NCBI GenBank assembly: GCA_963520005.1
Contig: CAUQPS010000001.1
Coordinates: forward strand, 51,703-115,702
Length of the DNA: 64,000 nucleotides
Reading direction: 5' to 3'
From: an uncultured Campylobacter sp.
GTDB lineage: Bacteria > Campylobacterota > Campylobacteria > Campylobacterales > Campylobacteraceae
The position numbers and the translations under genes are program-made. A model generated the notes under the pieces. The model saw only the letters and a list, made by a program, of their open reading frames with translations, was not told where the DNA came from and ran no database searches. Numbering within the stretch: position 1 is the stretch's first letter; every line of letters starts with the position of its first letter. Shown here in pieces: positions 39,687 through 48,869 of this stretch.

Positions 39687-41167
39687 GCATGCCAGCGAAA
39701 TTTTAATCTAAATTTGTCATAGCTTAGCAGCGAAATTTTTACATAAAATTTAATGCGGCTTGGCGGCAAATTTAGTGTGGCACAGCGAGTTCGGTGCGAG
39801 ATTAAAGCAAATCCGGTGCGACGCAGCACAGAATTTAACTCAAATTCCGCCCATCACAGCACGATACAGCTCGGCTTAGCTCAGATAGAGCGGTAGTTCA
39901 GTGCGGTTAAAATTAACGTTTTTTCCGAGGCGTTTAAGTTTATTCCATGCTGTTTTATCCAAGAGTATTTAAATTTCGCCGTTTAATTCAAAATTATAAC
40001 TATCGCGAGCTTGGCAATAAAGGCTAATTTGCTCTTGCTCTACTTAAGAACGATTAAGTTTCGCACCGTTTTATTCAAAAGCATTAAAATTTCATACTTG
40101 CCGATGCTACTTCGATTTCCCCAATTCCTTTACGTTTTACTCAAGAGCGTTAGAATTTCATACCGCCGCATTACGGCGCCTGCCGCGCGAAATTTTATCT
40201 CGGCGGCGATAATTCTAACGCGGATACGGTCCTGCGCGGCGTGCAGGCAGATCCGACCGCCAAAGCCCAAATCCGCTTAAATTTAAAATTCCAAGCCCGC
40301 TTGGGTTAAATTTCAAACCTAGCGCCCGTTTAAGGCGCGTGCAGGGCGAACATAAATACGCGCGCCACCCAAACGGCGCATAGACGAGACGATCCGCCTC
40401 GCCCTATCGCGCCGGCAGACCTAGATAATTTCAAATGCGGCGGCGATCCTGCTGCGATGCACCGAGACACGCTTTTACAAATCTCGCACTGAAATACCAA
40501 TTTGCGACTTGTATTTCGGCGGCATGCCGCGACACGTTTTTGCGAACGGCTCGTTTGTGGCGGCAATATCGGAGCCTGCGCGGGCGACACACTGCGGTTT
40601 TACGAATGAGCGAATTGATCCGTTTATCTTATCCATTCGTTTCTCGCGGGCGCTTGCATGCGCTACGGCGTAGCATCCGCGACGCAAAAAACACAGAGGC
40701 GCACAAATGAAGCGATCCGTGCGCGCGATAAAAAATACAGAGGCGCAGCAAGCGTGCCGAGCGGTGCGGACGAAACGAGCGGCAGGAGTGAGGCAATCTT
40801 TTAAATTTTACTCTTGCAAGCCTTAAAAAAAAATCCGCTGCGTCACGGCTCGACTTCTTTTTCTGCGTAGCTCGCCGCACTGCCAAAATTTATCGCATGA
40901 CAAAATCAAGTAATCTAATCGCGCAGGTTCTGCCAAAATCACCCGCTCAAATTTTAAAAAATCTCGCCATTTACTTTAAATTTTATCGCTAGGCCGCGCA
41001 AAATTTGCGTCAAATTTCATCGTCGCGCTAAGTTAAAATTTCGGCTCCTTTAAAATTCTCCTCTGTGCGAGCTCTCGAAATTTCTCCTTTTTTAAAATTT
41101 TAACGCACATTTAACTAAAAAATTCAATAATTTCAAATGTATATTTTACTTTTTTAAAGGAGAACAT

Positions 41168-42157
41168 ATGAGAAAAACCGCCCTTGTTTTAGCGCTTCCG
41201 CTCTTTTTTACGCCCGTTTTAGGCTTTGATGTAGCCAAACTCAACGCCAAAAAAGCCGTGCCGTACGAGCAAAAGACGCAGGAGTTTAGGCTGCCCGTAG
41301 GCATCGACGAAAACGGCGTCATAGACGAGGCAAAGCTCGGCGACTCGCCTTATGCAAAGACCGTCGTCTACGGCGCGAAGCTCATCAACGAGACGACGAG
41401 GTATCTCGGACCGCAGGCAAAGGACGAAAAAATGCGCTTTGCGGGCAACAACCTCTCCTGTTCGAGCTGTCATACGAGCGGCGGCGTCGTGCCCGATCAA
41501 AGCCCGTTTGTGGGTATCTACGCGAGATTTCCGCAGTATGTCGCGAGATCGGATCAGCTAGTCACGCTGCAAGACCGCATAAATGGCTGTTTTCAGCGCT
41601 CTATGGCGGGCAAAGCGATCCCTACGAACTCCAAAGAGATGCGCGCGATGATCGCCTACATGCACTGGCTCTCCACAGGATATGAGGTCGGCGCAAAGGT
41701 AAAAGGCCAGGGGCTACCGAAGGCGCAGTTTTTGGACCGTGCGGCGGATCCTAAAAAAGGACGCGAAATTTACGCCGCAAAATGCGCCGCCTGCCACGGC
41801 GAAAACGGCGAAGGGATAAAAAACGAGGGGTTTGCTCAAAGCGGCGATTACTACACATTCCCCGCGCTTTGGGGCGATGATAGCTACAATACGGGCGCCG
41901 GTATGTATAGGCTCATCGAAGGAGCAAGGTATGTCAAAGCTACCATGCCTAAAGGGGATGCCTCGCTAAGCTGGGAGGAAGCTTTCGACGTGACGGCGTA
42001 TATAAACTCAAAGCCACGCAAGATCAAACCCGATAGGAAGAAAGATTTCCCTGACCTAGACGTCAAGCAGATGGATATGGACGTGGGGCCCTACAACGAC
42101 GGATTTGACGAGAACGATCACCGCTTCGGCCCATACAAACGCATGATCAAAAAATAA
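41168..42157 (+). CDS. tsdA: Diheme c-type thiosulfate dehydrogenase/tetrathionate reductase TsdA
   Basis: Sec signal, two CxxCH (CSSCH, CAACH), catalytic Cys in RINGCFQRSM, PALWGDDSYNTGAGM, ATMP. Confidence 0.85.
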   Translation: MRKTALVLALPLFFTPVLGFDVAKLNAKKAVPYEQKTQEFRLPVGIDENGVIDEAKLGDSPYAKTVVYGAKLINETTRYLGPQAKDEKMRFAGNNLSCSSCHTSGGVVPDQSPFVGIYARFPQYVARSDQLVTLQDRINGCFQRSMAGKAIPTNSKEMRAMIAYMHWLSTGYEVGAKVKGQGLPKAQFLDRAADPKKGREIYAAKCAACHGENGEGIKNEGFAQSGDYYTFPALWGDDSYNTGAGMYRLIEGARYVKATMPKGDASLSWEEAFDVTAYINSKPRKIKPDRKKDFPDLDVKQMDMDVGPYNDGFDENDHRFGPYKRMIKK

Positions 42158-42394
42158 AATCAAACGCCGTCCTTGCAGCGGCGGAATTTTGACGTAAATT
42201 TAATGCGCTCGGAATTTAACGCAAATTTAGTGCGACGCGATACGGAATTTAATACAAATAGCGCGATGTAGAACGGATCTTAAAGCATTCTGTTCGGCGC
42301 GGTATAGCTTGAAATTTGCGCGAATTTGCACAGCACGATACGGCTCAGCGCGAGATTTAAATACAAATTTTGAGCATCTTGCCGCCGGCGCGCC

Positions 42395-43306
42395 CTACTC
42401 GCCGCTTTTGCCCGCTTTTATCATCTTTATAAATTCCTTTGCGAGCTTGGAGGGTTTTTTATACACGACCGAAAACGACATGTCCAAAAGCGGCTCATCC
42501 GCGACGTCAAAGAGCGTGATGTAGTCCTTTTGCGTCTCAAAAATGTACCGCGCGAAGCTGAAACTCACGCAAAGCCCCGCCGCGACCATCGCGTTAGCCA
42601 CGTATAGATAGGAGGTGTCGCAGAAAATTTGAGGCGTAAAGCCGGCGTTTTCAAATATCTTTTTGAAGTTCGATTCGCTTTTTAAAATTTTACTGCTGAT
42701 TGCAAATTTATCGGATTTAAACTCGCTAAGTGCGATTTTAGGGTATTTCTCGGTAGAATTTATACTCGCTCGCGAAACGGCAGGATGAGAGGAGCAGACG
42801 CTTAGAAGAAGCCTGCGCTTTTTTATAAACTCGCACTCAAGCCCCTCCGCGACAAGCTCGCCGAAGTGCGCGGCATAGACGATGTCAAGCTCGCCGCTTT
42901 TTAGCATCTCGATGAGCGCAGGCTCGGAGTGAGCGTGCACGACCCTGATGTCGGCTTTAGAAAACCTGCTGTAAAACATCGCGATGATCTTTTCGATAAA
43001 TTTAAAGCTGGTCGAGGTTGCGCCGATTACGAGCTTGCCCGTCTTGATCGACGAAAGTCCGCGGATTTCGTTATTTAGCTCCTTATTGAGCCTAAGCATA
43101 TTTTTCGCTCTGGCGATGTAAATTTCGCCCGCGTATGTAAGCTCAAGGCCGTTTTTCCTATCGAAAATTTCGATCCCGAGCTCCTTTTCTAAAAGCATAA
43201 TGCTCTTTGAAAGTGATGGTTGCGCGATTCCAAGCTCGCTCGCCGCCTTTGTAAAGCTTTTAAGCTCCGAAATTTTTACCGCAAATTCCATATGTCGCAA
43301 GCTCAT
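42395..43306 (-). CDS. LysR-family transcriptional regulator
   Basis: HTH SFTKAASELGIAQPSLSKSIMLLEKELGIEIFDR...LTYAG; divergent from the flavocytochrome operon. Confidence 0.93.
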   Translation of the reverse strand: MSLRHMEFAVKISELKSFTKAASELGIAQPSLSKSIMLLEKELGIEIFDRKNGLELTYAGEIYIARAKNMLRLNKELNNEIRGLSSIKTGKLVIGATSTSFKFIEKIIAMFYSRFSKADIRVVHAHSEPALIEMLKSGELDIVYAAHFGELVAEGLECEFIKKRRLLLSVCSSHPAVSRASINSTEKYPKIALSEFKSDKFAISSKILKSESNFKKIFENAGFTPQIFCDTSYLYVANAMVAAGLCVSFSFARYIFETQKDYITLFDVADEPLLDMSFSVVYKKPSKLAKEFIKMIKAGKSGE

Positions 43307-43327
43307 TTTTTGCCCCTTCGGTTGAAA

Positions 43328-43397
43328 TTTAATAGCCTCTAGCTATTAAATTATATACCAAATAACATTTGACTTACATAAAGATTTAATATAAAAT
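43328..43397 (+). promoter_or_regulatory. LysR box plus sigma70 promoter of the flavocytochrome operon
   Basis: Inverted repeat TTTAATAG-N7-CTATTAAA (43328-43350) containing T-N11-A; TTGACT (43369-43374), 17 nt, TAAAAT (43392-43397). Confidence 0.65.
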
Positions 43398-43445
43398 TAC
43401 AATATTAATCTTTAAGATTAAGGGATTTCAAAGTAAAGGAGCAAT

Positions 43446-44987
43446 ATGCAGAGACGTGACATACTGAAAATGGGTATGGTAGGAGCCGGTGCACTCGCAC
43501 TCGGCGCGGTAAATGCGCAAGCAAGCGCGGTGGACGCAAAGGACGTCAAATTTGACGAGGAGTGGGATGTAATCATCATCGGCAGCGGCTTTTCGGGGCT
43601 TGCGGCGGGCTTAAAAGCAGCGCAAAAAGGCAATAAAGTGCTAATCCTCGAAAAAATGGGCCGTATCGGCGGAAACTCCGTCATCAACGGCGGCGGTATG
43701 AGCGTACCGATGAACCCAGTGCAGGAAAAAACGGGCATCAAAGACAGCAAAGAGTTATTTATGAACGACTGCTTAAAGGCGGGACTTGGCATCAACCATC
43801 CCGAGCTTTTAAGCACGCTAGCAGACCGCGGCCTAGACGCGTTTAAATTCCTCGTAGATAACGGCGTGCAGTTTAAGATGGATCACTGCGCGCACTTCGG
43901 CGGGCACAGCGTCGCGCGCTCGATGCTAACTACAAACGATAGCGGCTCGGGCTACATCCAGCCGATGCTTGAAAAATTTGAAGCGCTAAAAGACAAAGGC
44001 TGCGAGCTTCGCCGCCGCGCGAAATTTGACGATTTCGTAATGGACGGTGATCGCGTAGCGGGCGTCGTGATCCGCGAGGAGTATAAATTTGATCCAAATC
44101 TCTACAGCGACGATCTTGAAAACACGAGCGGCACAAAAAAGACGCTCAAAGCCAAAAAAGGCGTAGTGCTCGCAGCGGGCGGATTTTGCCGCGATAAAAT
44201 TTTCCGCAAGCTTCAAGACCCGCGCATTCCTGATGACGTAGATAGCACAAATCACGCAGGAGCAACCGCGGGCGTGCTACTAAAAGCCTTTGAGATCGGT
44301 GCGTATCCGGTGCAGGTCGATTGGATCCAGTTCGGTCCGTGGGCGAGCCCCGATGAGAAGGGCTTCGGCAGCGCTCCGATCCTAACTCAGCAAGGCACCT
44401 TTAAATACGGTATCGCCGTGGACGTTCGCACGGGCAAGCGCTTTATGAACGAACTTGCAGATCGCAAGACTCGTGCGGATGCGGAGTTTAAAATTTTACG
44501 CGAGGATCCGAAAGCCTATCCGATAACCTTCGCCGATACCAAAATGGCGTTTAAAGACCTAAGCGAAGAGGTTGTTCAAAAAGGCATGGCAAGCGGTAAA
44601 TTAGTGGGCGAATGCGCGAGCCTAGATGAGATCGCCAGTAAATACGGCGTGCCTGCAGATGCCTTAAAAGAGAGCGTCAAAAAATACAACGAAGGCGTTA
44701 AGGCGAAAAAAGACGAGTTCGGCAAGCAAGAAAGCGCGCTTAGCGAGATCAACGAAGCGGGACCTTTCTACGTCATCCGCCTATCGCCGAAGCCTCACCA
44801 CACGATGGGCGGTCTAAAGATCAACGAAAAGGCAGAGGTTCTATCCTCTAAAACCAATAAGCCGATCCCGGGCCTTTGGGCTGCGGGCGAGATCACCGGC
44901 GGAACTCACGGCGCAAGCCGCCTAGGCACCGTCGCGATCACCGACTGCATAGTTTTCGGAATGATCGCAGGCGAGCAGATCGCCTAA
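43446..44987 (+). CDS. fccA: Tat-exported flavocytochrome c flavoprotein subunit (FccA-like reductase)
   Basis: Twin-arginine MQRRDILK, FAD motif IIGSGFSG, PKPHHTMGG, AAGEITGGTHGASRLG. Confidence 0.85.
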   Translation: MQRRDILKMGMVGAGALALGAVNAQASAVDAKDVKFDEEWDVIIIGSGFSGLAAGLKAAQKGNKVLILEKMGRIGGNSVINGGGMSVPMNPVQEKTGIKDSKELFMNDCLKAGLGINHPELLSTLADRGLDAFKFLVDNGVQFKMDHCAHFGGHSVARSMLTTNDSGSGYIQPMLEKFEALKDKGCELRRRAKFDDFVMDGDRVAGVVIREEYKFDPNLYSDDLENTSGTKKTLKAKKGVVLAAGGFCRDKIFRKLQDPRIPDDVDSTNHAGATAGVLLKAFEIGAYPVQVDWIQFGPWASPDEKGFGSAPILTQQGTFKYGIAVDVRTGKRFMNELADRKTRADAEFKILREDPKAYPITFADTKMAFKDLSEEVVQKGMASGKLVGECASLDEIASKYGVPADALKESVKKYNEGVKAKKDEFGKQESALSEINEAGPFYVIRLSPKPHHTMGGLKINEKAEVLSSKTNKPIPGLWAAGEITGGTHGASRLGTVAITDCIVFGMIAGEQIA

Positions 44988-45013
44988 TTTGGTCTGAGCG
45001 CAAGCTCTTTAAA

Positions 45014-45054
45014 GCCTTGCCCGGTTGGCGAAAGCGGGCCGGCAAGGCAGTTTT
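45014..45054 (+). terminator. Intra-operon hairpin between fccA and fccB
   Basis: GCCTTGCC...GGCAAGGC stem followed by AGTTTT. Confidence 0.5.
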
Positions 45055-45068
45055 ATAAAAGGTTGTAA

Positions 45069-45500
45069 ATGAAAAATTTCAGTTTTACGGCATTAATTTT
45101 GTGCTGTATCATCGCGACTTTGTTCGGCGCGCCGTCTGCCAACGACGCCAACGCCACGACAATAGTCGTTTCGGATGAGCTTAGGGCAAAGCACAAACTA
45201 AAGCCGCACCACGAGCATTTGGCGTTTGACTGCGTCGATTGCCACGTAAATCAAGGAAGCGATCCGTCTAAATTTAAAAGCATCGGCGACAAGGGCTGTA
45301 TAAGCTGCCACGGCGATAAAAAGCAGCTCGCTTTGAGGCTTAAATTTATGGATACGCTTAAGGCCAATCCGCACAACTCCGTCCACGACGGTCCTACGCT
45401 ATACTGCGACGAATGCCACAACGAGCACAAGGCATCTACGAATATGTGTACCGAATGCCACGAGCACGAAGTGCCGCAATGGATGGGGGTGATGCCATGA
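45069..45500 (+). CDS. fccB: Periplasmic tetraheme cytochrome c (FccB-like)
   Basis: Signal peptide; CVDCH, CISCH, CDECH, CTECH; NPHNS motif. Confidence 0.85.
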   Translation: MKNFSFTALILCCIIATLFGAPSANDANATTIVVSDELRAKHKLKPHHEHLAFDCVDCHVNQGSDPSKFKSIGDKGCISCHGDKKQLALRLKFMDTLKANPHNSVHDGPTLYCDECHNEHKASTNMCTECHEHEVPQWMGVMP

Positions 45501-46168
45501 GAATTTCTAAAAAATTACTAGCGCTTATTATATTAATAAGCGGTATTATAGGGTTTTTTGTCGTCGTGCCAGTGCATTACGCGCTTGAGAAAACAAGCAC
45601 CGATAAATTTTGCGACGTCTGCCACGAGATGGATCCGATGGTGATCGCCTATCAAGACGACGTCCACTCGGGCAAGGGCAAAACCGGCGTCAAAGCTAAA
45701 TGCGTCGATTGTCACCTACCGCACGACAATATCGTAAAATACGTCTATCAAAAGGCCAAAAACGGGGTACTGGAGGGCTACTCGCACTTCTTCGACGAGC
45801 CTGAGAAATACGACTGGAATGCAAGGCGCAAAAACCGCGAGCACTATGTGTTCGACAACGGCTGCACGAGCTGCCACGCCACCGTGATCGACAGCAAGAT
45901 TACCTCCGAGCAGGCACAGCGCATGCACGCGCACTACAAAAAGCTCCTAGGCACCGAGCGCGAGCTCAAATGCGCGAGCTGCCACGTAAGCGCAGGGCAC
46001 GGCATTGGACTTCGCAACTACCTAGAGTACTGGCGACCGACGTATAAAATTTACGAAAAGAAGATGATGGAGGAGAAGATCAAAGCAAAGAAGGGATTTT
46101 TCGGCGACGAGTATAAACCTAGCGCCGAAGAGCAGGCCTTTATGGACGCTTCTAGCGCGAAGAAATAA
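45497..46168 (+). CDS. fccC: NapC/NirT-family membrane-anchored tetraheme quinol dehydrogenase (FccC-like)
   Basis: ATG at 45497 overlapping the fccB stop; N-terminal TM; CDVCHEM, CVDCHLP, CTSCH, CASCH. Confidence 0.88.
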   Translation: MRISKKLLALIILISGIIGFFVVVPVHYALEKTSTDKFCDVCHEMDPMVIAYQDDVHSGKGKTGVKAKCVDCHLPHDNIVKYVYQKAKNGVLEGYSHFFDEPEKYDWNARRKNREHYVFDNGCTSCHATVIDSKITSEQAQRMHAHYKKLLGTERELKCASCHVSAGHGIGLRNYLEYWRPTYKIYEKKMMEEKIKAKKGFFGDEYKPSAEEQAFMDASSAKK

Positions 46169-46196
46169 CGCCGCTTGAAATCCTAGAATTTCTAAA

Positions 46197-46246
46197 TTTC
46201 AAAATTCCGCCGAGGTTTAGCTGAGACCTTGACGGAATTTTTGAAA
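46197..46246 (+). terminator. Hairpin terminator after fccC
   Basis: AAAATTCCG...CGGAATTTT stem with imperfect inner pairing and T run. Confidence 0.55.
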
Positions 46247-46549
46247 TTTTGACGAAGTTTTTATTAAATTTATCGGTTTTTAGATTTAAAATTTACCCGA
46301 ATTCTCGATTTAAAATTTCATCTATCAGACTATATTTAAACCAACCGCCCGCAACTTAAGTTTATACGCTTCTTACTCGCCAGCTCGTAAATGAAAAGTA
46401 TCCACAAAAACCCTTACAATTGCATCTCTATGAGCCTTGCTATATATGGTGCGAACTTAAAAATTTCATACTCACGATACATTCATGAGAGCATAAGGCT
46501 AGCATAAATTATTGAGGGTATAATCGAATTAAAATTTTAGGAGGAAGCG

Positions 46550-47002
46550 ATGGCGTTTGAAAACGCAATCATCACCAAAGAGGATGATGAGAAGTATGGA
46601 TTGAGTGCGCTATATAGTAAGTATAATTATGGAGCAAAGTTGCCAAATCTAAATTTTACAATAGATAGGCAATTGGATTGCTGGCTTTTAAAAATTTATA
46701 GCTTTCCAGATCCAAATTATGATAGAGCATTGCTTTCTAAATCTATTTGGGTTTTATATTATGATGGAGAATATATCGAAGCTATTTTAGACGAAAGTTG
46801 TAAAATCAATAAAACAAAAATACCGAATGAGTTTCATAGAATTTGGCAACTTTTAAGTTTAAAACCAAAATATACTTTAACCTTAAAATTTCAAGATATT
46901 TTAAATATATTAGAAGCTGCATTGAAAACATATAGAGATATTGATCTATATAAATCAAGAGAGAACTACACTATGGAGTTACAAAACTTAATCGATAAGT
47001 AA
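46550..47002 (+). CDS. AT-rich hypothetical protein (MAFEN... start)
   Basis: TATAAT at 46519, AGGAGG RBS; 150-aa ORF with markedly AT-rich codons. Confidence 0.8.
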   Translation: MAFENAIITKEDDEKYGLSALYSKYNYGAKLPNLNFTIDRQLDCWLLKIYSFPDPNYDRALLSKSIWVLYYDGEYIEAILDESCKINKTKIPNEFHRIWQLLSLKPKYTLTLKFQDILNILEAALKTYRDIDLYKSRENYTMELQNLIDK

Positions 47003-47012
47003 GAGAAATAAA

Positions 47013-47135
47013 ATGGCGTTTGTTGCATGGCATGTTCCAAAAGGAATTTTAAATGTGCCTGGAATAAGAGAGTCTGTAACGATGCACCTAAAAGAATATC
47101 CACGCGCTTTCATATCAAAAGATTTAAAACGCTAG
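47013..47135 (+). pseudogene. Possible remnant of a paralogous gene (40 codons, MAFVAWHVPKG...)
   Basis: Begins with the same ATGGCGTTTG as 46550, 10 nt after its stop, in the same AT-rich tract. Confidence 0.35.
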
Positions 47136-47357
47136 AAAGGTATATTTCTTGTAATTATAAGGAAATTTCTAAAATCTTATAAATTTAAAATTCCTATAAA
47201 GCACGCGTAACAAAATCCTCGTCAAAATTTCAACGCCCAAGCTTTATTTAAATTTCGGTACGTCAAGCTCTGCGGCGAAATTTTAGAGATAAATTTTACC
47301 TCCGTTTCATTTAAAATTTAAGAGCATGTTTAAATTTAGGAGGTTTGGATGAAACAT

Positions 47358-47418
47358 TTATCAAGCGCGAGCCCGCTTGATAATGCAGATGAGAAAGAGC
47401 GGAAATACTCCGCTCTTT
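47358..47418. terminator. Two tandem hairpins downstream of the porin gene
   Basis: TTATCAAGCG-N6-CGCTTGATAA (47358-47383) and AAAGAGCGGA-N5-TCCGCTCTTT (47394-47418). Confidence 0.7.
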
Positions 47419-47424
47419 AAAATT

Positions 47425-48816
47425 TTAGTTGCCGCTTAGATCAAATTTATACGCAGCCTGCAACCATATCTCGTTCTCGTCGAACTTTCTATTTACGCCG
47501 CTAGCGTAGTGATCGCTCCTCTCAAGCGCAGTGTAAGTTACACCCAAGCTTAGTCCCTTCACCGCCTTAGGAGCGTAGTTTGCCGTTACCGCCCAGCCCT
47601 CTACGTCCATGCTGGTGCCGACCGCTTGACCTACATCCCCTCTAGCATTGATATTATTCGTGCCGCCTACTCTGTCTTGATCGCCTTTTACGTAGTGTAG
47701 CGCGGTTTTGAAGCCATCTAGGCCAATAGCGCCGAAGTTGTAGTCAAGCACGATCTTATGCGTATCCATACCCGCGTATCCTGTGAATACGAATGGGCCT
47801 CTAATAGGCAGAGCGGTGTATGATCCAGGGCCGTTGCCTACGCCCAAAATAACGGCATCGTCGTCGCTAACGGTCGTATAGGCATACGATAGGCCGAATC
47901 CGAAAAACTCGCTAACCGAGACTCTTGCGCCAAACATATCGCCGTCAAGCCTTCTTGGCTCCAGCCCTCCGTTTACGCGCGAGCCTTTGTAGTTAAGATC
48001 AAATCCTAGCTTTAAAATCTCGCCTACCGGCACTTTTACATTTGTCTCGGCAAGATACAGGCTAATGTCGCCGTCTTTTAATGCGTTAGCCGGTTTAACG
48101 TCCGTTACCGCTGCGTAAGCGCCGGTTAAAGTAGTATAAGGCAAGGATTTGTTTTGAACGTATGCGGAGAAGATATTTTCAAATTTTACGGTGACGGGAC
48201 CCGTCATATTACCCAGAATCACTCTATCTTTAAATAAAGGAGCCTTTCCTTCGCCTGCCGGAGCGCCCATAGCGGTTTTACTCCTTCCTTGGAATTTATA
48301 AAACCATCCGCCCCACAAGGTAGTATCGGGGATATCTTTATTAGATATCGCTACGCCCTCGAAAGCTTCTTTAAACGCCCTCGTATAGTTGCCTGCTACC
48401 AGCGGAGTAACGACATATTGTCTACCCGCCTTTATATCGGTATTGCCTATGCCGTATCCCAGGTATAATTCAGATAATACCGCACCCTTGGTATACCACT
48501 CCTTATCGTAGGCAGTCTTATTGCTTGAGCCTACATGATACGGCATCAACCAACCTTGTCCGGTAAGCCCTATTCTAAAGCCGTAAAGAGGATCGGTAAC
48601 GTATCCGAGCTCAAGACCCACGCCGAATGCTTCGTAGTCGTTATCGCCCGTAGCGGCTTCGCCTCTATTGTCTACGGTTTTATTGGCGTAAGTTGTCTTT
48701 ACCGTTCCGCCAAGCTTACCGTTAGTAATCGCATCGGCTGCGCTCTCCGCCGCGCTTAGCGAGGATACAGCACATGCGCAAACCGCCGCAGCTAAACTTA
48801 GTTTGATGAGTTTCAT
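47425..48816 (-). CDS. Outer-membrane porin (OprD/Campylobacter MOMP-like)
   Basis: MKLIKLSLAAA signal peptide, LSELYLGY, KAGRQ, alternating beta-strands, near-terminal AAYKF. Confidence 0.85.
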   Translation of the reverse strand: MKLIKLSLAAAVCACAVSSLSAAESAADAITNGKLGGTVKTTYANKTVDNRGEAATGDNDYEAFGVGLELGYVTDPLYGFRIGLTGQGWLMPYHVGSSNKTAYDKEWYTKGAVLSELYLGYGIGNTDIKAGRQYVVTPLVAGNYTRAFKEAFEGVAISNKDIPDTTLWGGWFYKFQGRSKTAMGAPAGEGKAPLFKDRVILGNMTGPVTVKFENIFSAYVQNKSLPYTTLTGAYAAVTDVKPANALKDGDISLYLAETNVKVPVGEILKLGFDLNYKGSRVNGGLEPRRLDGDMFGARVSVSEFFGFGLSYAYTTVSDDDAVILGVGNGPGSYTALPIRGPFVFTGYAGMDTHKIVLDYNFGAIGLDGFKTALHYVKGDQDRVGGTNNINARGDVGQAVGTSMDVEGWAVTANYAPKAVKGLSLGVTYTALERSDHYASGVNRKFDENEIWLQAAYKFDLSGN

Positions 48817-48860
48817 TCGAAATCTCCTTTCATAAAGATTTACAAATATTTATGAAATGA

Positions 48861-48869
48861 ATTATATCA
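48861..48869 (-). promoter_or_regulatory. Extended -10 promoter of the porin gene
   Basis: TGATATAAT on the minus strand about 45 nt upstream of the ATG. Confidence 0.6.

Noticed and set aside
39918..40165. CRISPR array
   Set aside because: Repeats are divergent and irregularly spaced, and there are no cas genes in the window; kept only as a degenerate repeat.
43446..44987. Annotation as fumarate reductase FrdA/MfrA
   Set aside because: No Fe-S subunit gene adjacent, the partners are c-type cytochromes, and the fumarate-binding His motif is replaced.
46425..46508. Possible structured sRNA (imperfect AGCCTT/AAGGCT inverted repeat) upstream of the AT-rich gene
   Set aside because: Pairing is short and interrupted; not distinguishable from chance without folding or expression data.
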